Origin: Alphaproteobacteria bacterium
GTDB lineage: Bacteria > Pseudomonadota > Alphaproteobacteria > Bin95
Direction: 5' to 3'
DNA length: 64,000 bases
Assembly (NCBI GenBank): GCA_965205265.1
Contig: CBDBGH010000003.1
Location: forward strand, 1,792,001-1,856,000
Part shown: one piece after another, positions 31,101 through 43,053 of the stretch
Layout: each line of letters begins with the position of its first letter
Position numbering within the stretch: position 1 is the first letter of the stretch
Made by a program: the position numbers and the translations under genes
The notes under the pieces: generated by a model
Databases searched by the model: none
Told to the model about the DNA's origin: nothing
What the model saw: the letters and a program-made list of their open reading frames with translations, nothing else

Positions 31101-31819
31101 CGGCGCTCCTGCACTTTGCCTGCAAAGACGTAGCCGCCGCCGCGCACGGTCTTGATGAGCTCCGGCTGCTTCGGGTCGTCCTCGATCTTGCGGCGCAGGC
31201 GGCTCACCTGGACATCGACGCTGCGGTCGAACGGCCCGGCCTCGCGCCCGCGCGTCAGGTCCAGAAGCCGGTCCCGGTTCAGCACCCGGCCCGGATGCGC
31301 CGCCAGCGCCAGCAGCAGGTCGAACTCGCCGGCCGTCAGGTCCACCAGCGCGCCGTCCGGCGCGTGCAGGCTGCGCCGCCCGGCATCCAGCACCCAGCCC
31401 TGGAATTCGAAGCTCCGGGACGGGTCGGCCGCCGGCCGCCCCCGCATGTCCGGCGCGCGGCGCAGCACAGCGCGGATGCGGGCCAGCAGCTCGCGCGGGT
31501 TGAACGGCTTGGCGAGATAGTCGTCGGCGCCCATCTCCAGCCCGACGATCCGGTCCGTGTCCTCGCCGATGGCGGTCAGCATGACGATCGGCAGGTCGGA
31601 CTCCGCGCGCACCCGCCGGCAGAGGCTGAGGCCGTCCTCGCCCGGCAGCATCAGGTCCAGCACCGCGAGGTCGAAACGTCCTGCCGACAAGGCGTGGAAC
31701 ATCGCCTTGCCGTCGGCGGCGGTCTCCACCCGGAAGCCGTGCTTGCGCAGGAAGCGCGCGAGCAGGTCGCGGATTTCGCGGTCGTCATCGACGACGAGGA
31801 TATGCGGCCCGTCCTTCAT
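31097..31819 (-). CDS. OmpR-family response regulator
   Basis: ILVVDDD, LDLMLPGEDG, KPFNPRELLARI, DRSVDVQVSRLR. Confidence 0.95.
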   Translation of the reverse strand: MKDGPHILVVDDDREIRDLLARFLRKHGFRVETAADGKAMFHALSAGRFDLAVLDLMLPGEDGLSLCRRVRAESDLPIVMLTAIGEDTDRIVGLEMGADDYLAKPFNPRELLARIRAVLRRAPDMRGRPAADPSRSFEFQGWVLDAGRRSLHAPDGALVDLTAGEFDLLLALAAHPGRVLNRDRLLDLTRGREAGPFDRSVDVQVSRLRRKIEDDPKQPELIKTVRGGGYVFAGKVQERR

Positions 31820-31864
31820 CGCCCGCAGTTTAGGGGCCGGGAGCGTTCCCCCGGAGGTTTTGTT

Positions 31865-31879
31865 GTAACGAAGCGTAAC
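31865..31879 (+). promoter_or_regulatory. OmpR/CpxR-type direct-repeat box
   Basis: GTAAC-GAAGC-GTAAC between the regulator and the divergent Spy/CpxP gene. Confidence 0.55.
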
Positions 31880-32005
31880 GGAGCGCCCGCCAGCAACGAA
31901 GCGTTGCCGAATGGCGGCAGGCGGGACACGGCCCCGTTACACGGGAGACCCATACAGGATGCGATCCGGCCGCGGCGGCCGGCAGAACCGAAGGAGACGG
32001 ATTCC

Positions 32006-32533
32006 ATGAAACTCAAGATCATCGTCATCGCCGGCGGGCTGGGCCTGGCAAGCCTGGGCGCGGTCGGCGCCTATGCGCTGTCCAGCGACGTGCGCCAGGG
32101 CGTGAAAGCCGGCGAGGCCGCGATCACGCTGGTCGGCCACCGCCACGGCTGGGGGCATCGCGGCCACCGGGGCGGCATGGCGCAGAAGCTGTGCAGCGAC
32201 GCCCGCACCGACCATATCGAGGCCGCAATCGCCTTCGCCGAGACCTTCATGGCGTTCACCCCGGAGCAGCGCGCGGCCTGGGACAAGCTGACCGGCGCTG
32301 TGCGGACCGGCGGCGAGAAGATCGGCGAGACCTGCGCGGAGACCGAAGCGCTCCGGGCCGAGAAGACGATGCCGGCGAAGCTCGCCCTGGCCGAAGCCGC
32401 CACCAAGACGGCGGCTACCGTGCTCGGCGATGTCCGGCCCGCCTTCGACGCCTGGTACGGCACGCTGAGCGACGAGCAGCGCAAAGCCCTCGACGACCTT
32501 CTGAAGCACCGGCGCGGAGGCCGCAAAGGGTAA
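32006..32533 (+). CDS. Spy/CpxP-like periplasmic protein
   Basis: Signal peptide, FTPEQRAAW and LSDEQRK (LTxxQ-like) motifs, His/Gly-rich stretch, AAGGAG RBS. Confidence 0.8.
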   Translation: MKLKIIVIAGGLGLASLGAVGAYALSSDVRQGVKAGEAAITLVGHRHGWGHRGHRGGMAQKLCSDARTDHIEAAIAFAETFMAFTPEQRAAWDKLTGAVRTGGEKIGETCAETEALRAEKTMPAKLALAEAATKTAATVLGDVRPAFDAWYGTLSDEQRKALDDLLKHRRGGRKG

Positions 32534-32539
32534 CGCCGG

Positions 32540-33085
32540 CTACAGGCTGAGCGGCTCCGGCTCGCCCTCCGGGAGTTCGACGCCGGAGACGTTCAGCGCC
32601 ATGGAGACCAGGCAGTAATAGCCCATGACGCCGATGGTCTCGACGACGCCCTTCTCGCCTATGGCCGACACCGCGCGGCCATAGGTGGCGTCGCTCACGC
32701 GCTTTGTCGCATAGAGTTCGGTGGCGAGGTCGTGGACCGCGGCCTCGTCCGCCGCCATGCCTTCCGGCCGCCGGCGGGCCTCGACCGCTTCGATAATGCC
32801 CTCGTCCAGACCCGCCTCCCGGGCCAGCCGCGCGTGGGCATACCACTCATACTGGGCGGTCCACTCCCGCGCCGTCACCAGGATTGCGAGCTCCGAGAGG
32901 CGCGGCCCAAGGCTCGTGCCGAAGCGGCAGAAGGCGCCCAGCAATTGGGCGCGCTCGCACAGCTCCGGGCTGCGCAGCAGGGCCGCGAACGGCCCCCGCG
33001 CGCCGCCCCGCGGGCCGGCGGCGATGGCGTCGAGGACTTCCTGCTGGCGTTCGGTCAGGGTTTCGGGCATGGGCAGGCGCGCCAT
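32540..33085 (-). CDS. Carboxymuconolactone decarboxylase family protein
   Basis: RGPFAALLRSPEL, ELAIL, YEWYAH. Confidence 0.85.
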   Translation of the reverse strand: MARLPMPETLTERQQEVLDAIAAGPRGGARGPFAALLRSPELCERAQLLGAFCRFGTSLGPRLSELAILVTAREWTAQYEWYAHARLAREAGLDEGIIEAVEARRRPEGMAADEAAVHDLATELYATKRVSDATYGRAVSAIGEKGVVETIGVMGYYCLVSMALNVSGVELPEGEPEPLSL

Positions 33086-33129
33086 GGCGGTCTTCTCCTT
33101 TTCGGGATTCGGATCGTGCGGCGCCGGGC

Positions 33130-33837
33130 CTAGCTGGCGGCGCCGATTTGCGGCGGACGGTCCTCGCCGCGGCCTTCGCCGCCGCGCTCGCCCAGTTCGC
33201 GCTCCAGTTCGGCCACCCGCGCCTCCAGCCGCTTCACCGTCTCGGCAAGCGTGCGGATCGAGCGGCTGTCGGGGTTGGTCACGCCCTCCGGCGTGCCGTA
33301 GGCGACGAAGCTTTCCGGCTGCTTGCGGCTGCGCGGCTGCGCCATCTTCGCCGGAATGCCCGTCATGGTCGCGCCGGCGGGCACGGCCTTGAGAACCACC
33401 GCATTGGCGCCGATCCGGGCGCCCTCGCCCACCGTGAACGGCCCCAGGATTTGAGCCCCCGACCCGACGATCACGCTGTCGGCGAGCGTCGGATGGCGCT
33501 TGCCCTTCGCCGTCGAAGTGGTGCCCAGCGTAACCCCCTGGTAGAGCGTGACATCGTCGCCGATCTCGGCCGTCTCGCCGATGACGACGCCCATGCCGTG
33601 GTCGATGAAGAGCCGCTTGCCGATGGTCGCGCCCGGATGGATCTCGATGCCGCTGAACCCGCGGCCGAGATGGCTGACGAACCGGCCGACCAGATAGAGC
33701 CGCTTGCGCCAGAGCCAGTTGGCGATACGGTAGAAGACGAGCGCGTGGAAACCCGGATAGGCCAGAACCACTTCAAGGCGCGAGCGCAGCGCCGGGTCGC
33801 GGTCCATATAGCTGTCGATTTCCTTCAACAGGCCCAT
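33130..33837 (-). CDS. cysE: Serine O-acetyltransferase
   Basis: [30 protein letters not shown]. Confidence 0.95.
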   Translation of the reverse strand: MGLLKEIDSYMDRDPALRSRLEVVLAYPGFHALVFYRIANWLWRKRLYLVGRFVSHLGRGFSGIEIHPGATIGKRLFIDHGMGVVIGETAEIGDDVTLYQGVTLGTTSTAKGKRHPTLADSVIVGSGAQILGPFTVGEGARIGANAVVLKAVPAGATMTGIPAKMAQPRSRKQPESFVAYGTPEGVTNPDSRSIRTLAETVKRLEARVAELERELGERGGEGRGEDRPPQIGAAS

Positions 33838-33913
33838 CCGCGCGCGCCCTTCCTCGCCGCCGATAATCCGCTTATATGACTTGCACTTGGCGCGCGGCAA
33901 GGGTTGGACGGTT

Positions 33914-34912
33914 ATGAACATTCGCGACGGGTTTATCGATACCATCGGGAACACGCCGCTGGTGCGCCTCCGGAAGGCCTCCGAGCTGACGGGCTGCGAT
34001 GTGCTCGTCAAGCTCGAGTTCCTCAATCCCGGCGGGTCGGTGAAGGACCGCGCGGCGCTTGGCATCATCCGCGACGCGGAGCACAAGGGACAGCTCGAGC
34101 CCGGCGGGGTCATCGTGGAAGGCACCGCCGGCAATACCGGCATCGGGCTCGCCCTGGTCGGCAATGCGCGCGGCTACAGGACCGTCATCGTGATCCCGGA
34201 AACGCAGTCGGAAGAGAAGAAGCAGATGCTGCGGCTCTGCGGGGCGGACCTGCGCGAGGTGCCGGCCGTGCCCTACCGGGACCCGAACAACTATGTGCGC
34301 GTCTCCGGCCGGCTGGCCGAGGAGCTGGCCGCAACGCACAAGCAGGGCGCCATCTGGGCCAACCAGTTCGACAATGTCGCAAACCGCGAGATTCACATCG
34401 CAACCACCGCGCCCGAAATCTGGTCCCAGACCGGCGGCAAGGTGGACGCCTTCGTTTCCGCCGTCGGCACCGGCGGCACGCTCGCCGGCACCGCCATGGG
34501 CCTCAGGGAGCGCAACCCGGACATCAAGATCGGCCTCGCCGACCCCGAGGGCGCCGCGCTCTACGAGTGGTATGCGAACGGCGAGCTCAAGTCCGAGGGC
34601 AGCTCGATCAGCGAGGGCATCGGGCAGGGGCGCGTGACGGCCAACCTGGAGGGCCTGGAGGTCGATTTCCCCTATCTGATACCCGATTCCGAGGCGCTCC
34701 CCATCGTGTTCGACCTGCTGAAGGAAGAGGGGTTCTGCGTAGGCCTCTCCAGCGGCATCAATGTGGCCGGCGCCATCCGCGCGGCGAAGGAGCTCGGCCC
34801 CGGCCACACCGTCGTCACCCTGCTCTGCGATCTCGGGCAGCGCTATGCCGCCAAGATCTGGAACCCGGCCTTCCTGAAGGAGGCCGGCCTGCCCGCCCCC
34901 GACTGGCTCTGA
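33914..34912 (+). CDS. cysK: Cysteine synthase
   Basis: [32 protein letters not shown]. Confidence 0.9.
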   Translation: MNIRDGFIDTIGNTPLVRLRKASELTGCDVLVKLEFLNPGGSVKDRAALGIIRDAEHKGQLEPGGVIVEGTAGNTGIGLALVGNARGYRTVIVIPETQSEEKKQMLRLCGADLREVPAVPYRDPNNYVRVSGRLAEELAATHKQGAIWANQFDNVANREIHIATTAPEIWSQTGGKVDAFVSAVGTGGTLAGTAMGLRERNPDIKIGLADPEGAALYEWYANGELKSEGSSISEGIGQGRVTANLEGLEVDFPYLIPDSEALPIVFDLLKEEGFCVGLSSGINVAGAIRAAKELGPGHTVVTLLCDLGQRYAAKIWNPAFLKEAGLPAPDWL

Positions 34913-34924
34913 CCGGCGGCGCGC

Positions 34925-37054
<2,130 letters not shown>

Positions 37055-37064
37055 CGAACCGCCG

Positions 37065-37517
37065 ATGGGCGAGCTTCGACTCCGTCCCGCCGCCGCCGGG
37101 GACGCCGCGGGGATCGCCCGATGCGTGGAGGCCGCTTACTCCCGCTATATCGAGCGCATTGGCGAGCCGCCGGGGCCGATGCTGGACGACTACCCGCAGG
37201 TTGTCCGCGACCACCGGGTCTTCGTGGTCGAAGGCGGAGGCGAAATCGCCGGCGCGGTCGTCCTGATCGAAAAGGGAGGAACGATCCTGCTCGACAATGT
37301 CGCCGTCCTGCCGTCGCGCCAGGGCGAGGGCATCGGCCGCCGCCTCATGCTGCACGCCGAGGACGAGGCGCGCCGGCTGGGCTACGGCGTCATCGACCTC
37401 TACACGCATGAGCAGATGACCGAGAATTTCGCCCTGTATGCCCGCAACGGCTATGAGGAGGTCGAGCGCCGCACGGAGCGCGGTTTCCCGCGCATCTACA
37501 TGAGAAAGCGCCTGTAA
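37065..37517 (+). CDS. GNAT family N-acetyltransferase
   Basis: NVAVLPSRQGEGIGRRL motif A, LYARNGY. Confidence 0.9.
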   Translation: MGELRLRPAAAGDAAGIARCVEAAYSRYIERIGEPPGPMLDDYPQVVRDHRVFVVEGGGEIAGAVVLIEKGGTILLDNVAVLPSRQGEGIGRRLMLHAEDEARRLGYGVIDLYTHEQMTENFALYARNGYEEVERRTERGFPRIYMRKRL

Positions 37518-37559
37518 TTACCTGTAACTATTGAGAGGGCCGGACAGGGCGTGCCGCCC

Positions 37560-38753
37560 TCAGGAAAACGCCTGCAGGCCCGTCTGGGCGCGGCCGAGGA
37601 TGAGCGCGTGGACGTCGTGTGTGCCCTCATAGGTGTTGACGGCCTCGAGGTTCATGGAGTGGCGCACGACATGGTATTCGTCGCTCACGCCGTTGCCGCC
37701 ATGCATGTCGCGGGCGGTGCGGGCGATGTCGAGCGCCTTGCCGCAATTGTTGCGCTTGACCAGCGAGATCATCTCCGGGGCGGCGCGGCCCTCGTCCATC
37801 AGCCGGCCGACGCGCAGCGCGCCTTGGAGCCCGAGCGCAATCTCGGTCTGCATGTCGGCGAGCTTCTTCTGGATGAGCTGCGTGTGCGCCAGCGGGCGGC
37901 CGAAGGCGTGCCGGTCGAGCGTGTATTGCCGGGCCGCGTGCCAGCAGAACTCTGCCGAGCCCATCGACCCCCAGGCGATGCCGTAGCGCGCCTTGTTGAG
38001 GCAGCCGAACGGGCCGCCGAGGCCGCGCGCATGCGGAAAGCGGTTCTCCTCCGGCACGAACACGTCGTCCATCGCGATCTCGCCCGTGGGCCAGGCGCGC
38101 AGCGAGAACTTGCCCTCGATCTTCGCGGTGGTGAGGCCTTCCATGCCGCGCTCCAGCACGAAGCCGCGAATGACATCCTCCTCGTCCTTGGCCCAGACGA
38201 CGAAGACATCGGCGATATTGGCCTGCGTGATCCACATTTTTGCGCCGGTGAGGCGGTAGCCGCCGGGCACCTTGCGCGCCCGCGTGGTCAGCCCGCCGGC
38301 GTCGGAGCCGTGGTCCGGCTCCGTGAGGCCGAACGCGCCGACCCACTCCCCGGACGCCAGCTTCGGGAGATACTTCTCCTTCTGCGCTTCCGTGCCGTAG
38401 CTGTGGATCGGGAACATCACCAGCGAGGTCTGCACGCTCATCGCCGAGCGGTAGGAGCTGTCGCAGCGCTCCACCTCGCGCGCAATGAGCCCGTACATCA
38501 CCGAACTGCCGCCGGGGCAGCCATAGCCGTCGAGGCCGACGCCGAGGAACCCGGCCTCTCCGTAAGCCCTCATCATGGCCGGGTCGTAGGTCTCGTGCCG
38601 GTGGGCGTCGCGCACGCCGGGAGCCAGCGCGTCGGCGACGAAGCGCCGGGCGGTCTCGCTCACCAGCCGCTCGTCCTCGTCCAGCTGGTCTGCGAGCAGG
38701 AACGGGTCCTCCCACACGAAGGCGGCGCGCTTCTGTTTCATGGAATCGGGCAT
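37560..38753 (-). CDS. Acyl-CoA dehydrogenase, glutaryl-CoA dehydrogenase-like
   Basis: [42 protein letters not shown]. Confidence 0.88.
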   Translation of the reverse strand: MPDSMKQKRAAFVWEDPFLLADQLDEDERLVSETARRFVADALAPGVRDAHRHETYDPAMMRAYGEAGFLGVGLDGYGCPGGSSVMYGLIAREVERCDSSYRSAMSVQTSLVMFPIHSYGTEAQKEKYLPKLASGEWVGAFGLTEPDHGSDAGGLTTRARKVPGGYRLTGAKMWITQANIADVFVVWAKDEEDVIRGFVLERGMEGLTTAKIEGKFSLRAWPTGEIAMDDVFVPEENRFPHARGLGGPFGCLNKARYGIAWGSMGSAEFCWHAARQYTLDRHAFGRPLAHTQLIQKKLADMQTEIALGLQGALRVGRLMDEGRAAPEMISLVKRNNCGKALDIARTARDMHGGNGVSDEYHVVRHSMNLEAVNTYEGTHDVHALILGRAQTGLQAFS

Positions 38754-38805
38754 CGGATGCTCTTCCGGTAAGGGGTTGGGACGGACGAGAGGCGCCAGCG
38801 GAACG

Positions 38806-40716
38806 CTACGGCGACGCCGCGCCGCCGGCATAGCCGACCTGCTTCAGCGCGGCCTCGATCTCGGCCATGATCTCCGGGTCGTCGATGGTCGCCGGCATGC
38901 GCCAGGTCTCCCGGTCGGCAACCTTCTGCATCGTGCCGCGCAGGATCTTGCCGGAGCGCGTCTTCGGCAGGCGCTCCACCACGACGGCAGTCTTGAACGC
39001 CGCGACCGGGCCGATCCGCCGGCGGACAAGGGCGACGACCTCCGACTCGATCTCGCCGAACGGCCGGTTGACGCCCGCCTTGAGCACGAGGAAGCCCACG
39101 GGAATCTGCCCCTTCAACTGGTCCGCGACGCCGATCACGGCGCATTCCGCGACATCGTGGTGGGCGGCCAGCACCTCTTCCATGGCACCGGTCGAAAGCC
39201 GGTGGCCGGCGACATTGATGATGTCGTCGGTCCGGGCCATGATGTAGGCGTAGCCGTCCTCGTCGATATAGCCGGCGTCAGCCGTCTTGTAGTAGCCGGG
39301 GAACTCGGTGAAGTAGGTGTCCAGATAGCGCTCATGCGCGTTCCAGAGCGTCGGGAAGGAACCCGGAGGCATGGGCGTCCTGACCACCAGCGCCCCGATG
39401 GTCCCGGCAGGCACTTCCTCGTTGCTGTCGTCCACCACGCGCAAGTCCCAGCCCGGCACGGGGCGCGTGGGCGAGCCGTGTTTCACGGGCAGAAGCTCGA
39501 TACCGACGCAATTGGCGCACATCGGCCAGCCGGTCTCGGTCTGCCACCAGTGGTCGATCACCGGGCGGTCCAGCACGTCCTCCGCCCATTTCAGCGTGTC
39601 CGGGTCGCTGCGTTCGCCTGCCAGGAACAGCGTGCGGAAATGCGAGAGGTCGCGTCCTTTGAGCAATTTCGCCTCGGGATCGTCCCGGCGGATGGCCCGA
39701 AAGGCCGTGGGCGCGGTGAACAGCGCGGCCACCTTGTGCTGCTCGATGATGCGCCAATAGACGCCGGCGTCCGGGGTGCCCACGGGCTTGCCCTCGAACA
39801 GGATGGCCGTGTTGCCGGCCAGCAGCGGCGCATAGACGATGTAGGAATGGCCGACGACCCAGCCGACATCGGAGGCGGCCCAGAAGACCTCTCCCGGTTC
39901 CACGCCATAGACGTTTTTCATGGTCCAGTGCAGCACCACCATGTGGCCGCCATTGTCCCGCACCACGCCCTTCGGCTGGCCCGTCGTGCCGGAGGTGTAG
40001 AGGATGTAGAGGGGGTCGAGCGCGCTGACCGGGACGCACTCCGCCGGCTCCGCGCCGGCAACCGCCTCCAGCCAGTCGACATCGCGCCCTTCGACCATCG
40101 AGGCTTCGCATTCCGGCCGCTGAAAGACGACGCAGAACTCGGGCTTGTGCGCCGCCAGATCGATGGCCCCGTCGAGCAGCGGCTTGTATTCCACCACCCG
40201 TCCCGGCTCGATGCCGCAGGAGGCGGCGATGACGGCCTTGCAGGCGCTGTCGTCGATGCGCACCGCCAGCTCGTTGGAAGCGAACCCGCCGAAGACCACG
40301 GAATGCACCGCGCCGAGCCGGGCGCAGGCGAGCATAGCGATTGCCGTTTCCGGGATCATCGGCATGTAGATGACGACCCGGTCGCCCTTGCCGATGCCGC
40401 GGCTCTTGAGAGCGCCGGCAAAGACCGCCACGGCGTCCCGCAATTCGCGGTAGGTGAAGGAGCGGACCGTGTCGGTCACCGGGCTGTCGTAGATCATCGC
40501 GGCCTGCTCGCCCCGCCCCGCCTCGACATGCCGGTCGAGGGCGTTGAAGCAGGTGTTGGTCACGCCGTCCACGAACCAGCGCCCGGCAGGCGTGGACTCC
40601 GTTTCCAGGATTTGCGTCGGCGCCTTGTACCAGTGCAGGTCGGCGGCGGCTTCCGCCCAGAACGCCTCGCGCTCGTCGAGCGAGCGGCGGAACGCGGTCT
40701 CATATGCTCCGGCCAT
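38806..40716 (-). CDS. prpE: Propionyl-CoA synthetase
   Basis: [54 protein letters not shown]. Confidence 0.88.
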   Translation of the reverse strand: MAGAYETAFRRSLDEREAFWAEAAADLHWYKAPTQILETESTPAGRWFVDGVTNTCFNALDRHVEAGRGEQAAMIYDSPVTDTVRSFTYRELRDAVAVFAGALKSRGIGKGDRVVIYMPMIPETAIAMLACARLGAVHSVVFGGFASNELAVRIDDSACKAVIAASCGIEPGRVVEYKPLLDGAIDLAAHKPEFCVVFQRPECEASMVEGRDVDWLEAVAGAEPAECVPVSALDPLYILYTSGTTGQPKGVVRDNGGHMVVLHWTMKNVYGVEPGEVFWAASDVGWVVGHSYIVYAPLLAGNTAILFEGKPVGTPDAGVYWRIIEQHKVAALFTAPTAFRAIRRDDPEAKLLKGRDLSHFRTLFLAGERSDPDTLKWAEDVLDRPVIDHWWQTETGWPMCANCVGIELLPVKHGSPTRPVPGWDLRVVDDSNEEVPAGTIGALVVRTPMPPGSFPTLWNAHERYLDTYFTEFPGYYKTADAGYIDEDGYAYIMARTDDIINVAGHRLSTGAMEEVLAAHHDVAECAVIGVADQLKGQIPVGFLVLKAGVNRPFGEIESEVVALVRRRIGPVAAFKTAVVVERLPKTRSGKILRGTMQKVADRETWRMPATIDDPEIMAEIEAALKQVGYAGGAASP

Positions 40717-40870
40717 GACGGTCCCTCCCCTTCCGCTGGGGCCGGATGGATAGCACCTCGACGGCAGGGGAGGAAGCCGGCGCGGAACTGCCGGGATGAG
40801 GAAGACCCACCCCCAGCCCGCACCGCAAGCGGTATGACGGGCAAGAGCAAGGTGGCGCGGAAAATCTGTT

Positions 40871-41367
40871 TGTTCAAAAAAATCTGCTATTAATCCTAAA
40901 TAAAACTTGAAATTCTTCGCGCCAGCTGTAATATGGAGCGGAGAAGGGAAGCGGCATCCGCGGGCTGTATCCCTTCTTCGCGCCGGCGCCGGCGCAAAAA
41001 AGCCCCTGATTCGGCCAACGGGCGAAGTGCGCCCCGCGTCTGGCTCGCGCGCACGGGCGCAGGCGCAATCAGGCGCGCAAACCGCGCCGCCGCGAAACGC
41101 GCGGGGGCGGGCGCGCGGGCGCCGGTGCGCATTACGCGCGAAAAAGGGTCCCGCCGCGTTCGGCGCGGCGGCGCGGAGAAGGGAACGAAGACGGATGGAA
41201 AGGAGAGACCTATGCCGAAGACACAAAGCAGGAAGAACCGGCCGGCATACCCGGAGCTCCCGCCCGAAACGACGGCTCCATGCCCGAAAAGAACAGTCCC
41301 TATGCGCCGTGCGCATACAAATCATGACATCGCATGACATGCCACAACGGCCCAGGATGCAGGCGCG
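40871..41367 (+). repeat. Dispersed ~490-bp promoter-led element, copy A (candidate structured RNA or non-autonomous element)
   Basis: Colinear similarity to the reverse complement of 54450..54917, including a 38/39 identical block at 41065-41103. TTGAAA-N16-TAATAT at 40907-40934. Confidence 0.85.
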
Positions 41368-41503
41368 TCGCCCCGGCCTGCCCTCGCGAAAGCGGGGGAC
41401 CCCGATCCGGGGCCTCATGCAACAGGGTGGGCCTTCGTCCGGAGCCCCCGGCCCGGCGCTGGCGCGCCGTCCCCCGCTTTCGCGAGGGCAGGCCGGGGTG
41501 ACG
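41366..41503. repeat. MITE/REP-like element with 35-bp terminal inverted repeats
   Basis: CGTCGCCCCGGCCTGCCCTCGCGAAAGCGGGGGAC ... GTCCCCCGCTTTCGCGAGGGCAGGCCGGGGTGACG, 34/35 complementary. Confidence 0.85.
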
Positions 41504-41674
41504 CAAGAGGGGGGCGGACATCCTGGGGAGTTACGACGAAACATGACATTCCATGACACTCGCAAGGGCGCTCCCGCGACAGCGCGGGCGAAGCCGGCTC
41601 CGGGAATTGAATTCCGGGCGGCAACCGCCTAGAGCGTATCCTTGCCGACGCGAAACGAAGAAGGAGCCGGCCCG

Positions 41675-42910
41675 ATGGAACTCTGCGCTTTGGGCGAACA
41701 GCCGCCGCTCGGCGAGGTACCCGAGACGATGCACGCCTTCCTTGTGCGCCAGGACCGGTTCGGGGAACCGAAGGACGCCTGGCAGCATGAGGTCATTCCG
41801 GTTCCGGCCCTCAAGCCGGACGAGGTGCTCGTCTATGTCATGGCGACCGGCATCAACTACAACAATGTCTGGGCGGCGCTCGGCTACCCGATCGACGTGA
41901 TCGGCGAGCGGATGCGCAAGGGCGAACCGGAGGACTTCCATGCCGGCGGCAGCGACTGTTCCGGCATCGTCCAGGCTGTCGGCTCGGAAGTCACGAATGT
42001 CAGGCCCGGCGACGAAGTGGTGATCCATTCCGGCTGGTGGGAGCCGGACGACCCCTGGGTGCTGTCGGGCAAGGACCCCATGCTGGCGACCTCGACCCGG
42101 ATCTGGGGCTACCAGACCAATTACGGCTCCTATTGCCAGTTCGCGAAAGCTCAGGCGCACCAGTGCCAGCCGCGCCCGAAGCACCTGACCTGGGAGCAGT
42201 CGGGCTGCTACCTGCTCTGCGCCTCGACCGCCTACCGGATGCTGATGGGCTGGCCGCCGCACACGGTCGAGCCGGGCGATGCGGTGCTTGTCTGGGGCGC
42301 ATCGGGCGGCCTCGGCGCGATGGCGCTGCAGATCACCGCCGCGCTCGGCGGCCGGCCGGTCGCCGTCATCTCCGACGACGCCAAGCGCGACTGGTGCATG
42401 GAGATGGGCGCAGTCGGCGTCATCAACCGCACCGCCTTCGACCATTGGGGGCCGATGCCCGACACGACCGACGGCGCCGCCTACGGCGCCTGGGCCAAGG
42501 GAGCCCGGGCCTTCGGCGGCGCGATCTGGGAAGCGCTCGGCGAACGGGCGAGCCCGAAGATCGTGTTCGAGCATCCGGGCGAAGCCACCCTGCCGACCTC
42601 GGAGTTCGTCTGCGACACCGGCGGCATGATCGTCATTTGCGCCGGCACCACCGGCTACAATGTGACCCTCGACCTGCGCTACCATTGGATGCGGCAGAAG
42701 CGCTTCCAGGGCAGCCACCTTTCCAATGACGAGCAGGCGGCGGCAGTGAACAGGCTGGTCATCGACGGCAAGATCGACCCCTGCCTTTCGGAGGTGTTCG
42801 ATTTCGACGATCTCGGCCACGCCCACCAGCTGATGCACGAGAACCGCCACGCCGCCGGGCAGATGGCCGTGCTGGTCAACGCGACGGAACGCGGCCAAGG
42901 CGCTTCATGA
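41675..42910 (+). CDS. ccrA: Crotonyl-CoA carboxylase/reductase
   Basis: GINYNNVW, GSDCSG, IWGY, VWGASGGLG, VFEHPG, CAGTTGY, WMRQKRFQGSH. Confidence 0.85.
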   Translation: MELCALGEQPPLGEVPETMHAFLVRQDRFGEPKDAWQHEVIPVPALKPDEVLVYVMATGINYNNVWAALGYPIDVIGERMRKGEPEDFHAGGSDCSGIVQAVGSEVTNVRPGDEVVIHSGWWEPDDPWVLSGKDPMLATSTRIWGYQTNYGSYCQFAKAQAHQCQPRPKHLTWEQSGCYLLCASTAYRMLMGWPPHTVEPGDAVLVWGASGGLGAMALQITAALGGRPVAVISDDAKRDWCMEMGAVGVINRTAFDHWGPMPDTTDGAAYGAWAKGARAFGGAIWEALGERASPKIVFEHPGEATLPTSEFVCDTGGMIVICAGTTGYNVTLDLRYHWMRQKRFQGSHLSNDEQAAAVNRLVIDGKIDPCLSEVFDFDDLGHAHQLMHENRHAAGQMAVLVNATERGQGAS

Positions 42911-43053
42911 TAATCGAGGCGCTGGTCGTCTTCGGCGCGCTGGCGCTGGTCGCGGGCCTCAAGCTGTGGATGACATGGCGGCGCATCAAGGCGGCGAAGC
43001 CGATGAAGGAACTGCCGCCCGACGACGAGGAGGCCCCGCTTCAGCGCCGATAG
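42907..43053 (+). CDS. 48-aa single-TM protein coupled to ccr (not in ORF track)
   Basis: ATGA overlap with the ccr stop. MIIEALVVFGALALVAGLKLWMTWRRIKAAKPMKELPPDDEEAPLQRR. GC-rich third positions. Confidence 0.6.
   Translation: MIIEALVVFGALALVAGLKLWMTWRRIKAAKPMKELPPDDEEAPLQRR

Noticed and set aside
37511-37530. CCTGTAA direct repeat at the GNAT stop
   Set aside because: Too short, lies between convergent genes, and has no other support.
40717-41632. N-terminal extension of the 919-aa prpE ORF and other ORFs across the dispersed element
   Set aside because: Arg/Ala/Pro-rich low-complexity translations. PrpE homology begins at ATG 40716, which has an RBS.
40860-41640. CRISPR array or known housekeeping ncRNA
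   Set aside because: No regularly spaced repeat-spacer units. No tmRNA, RNase P, SRP or 6S signatures recognised.
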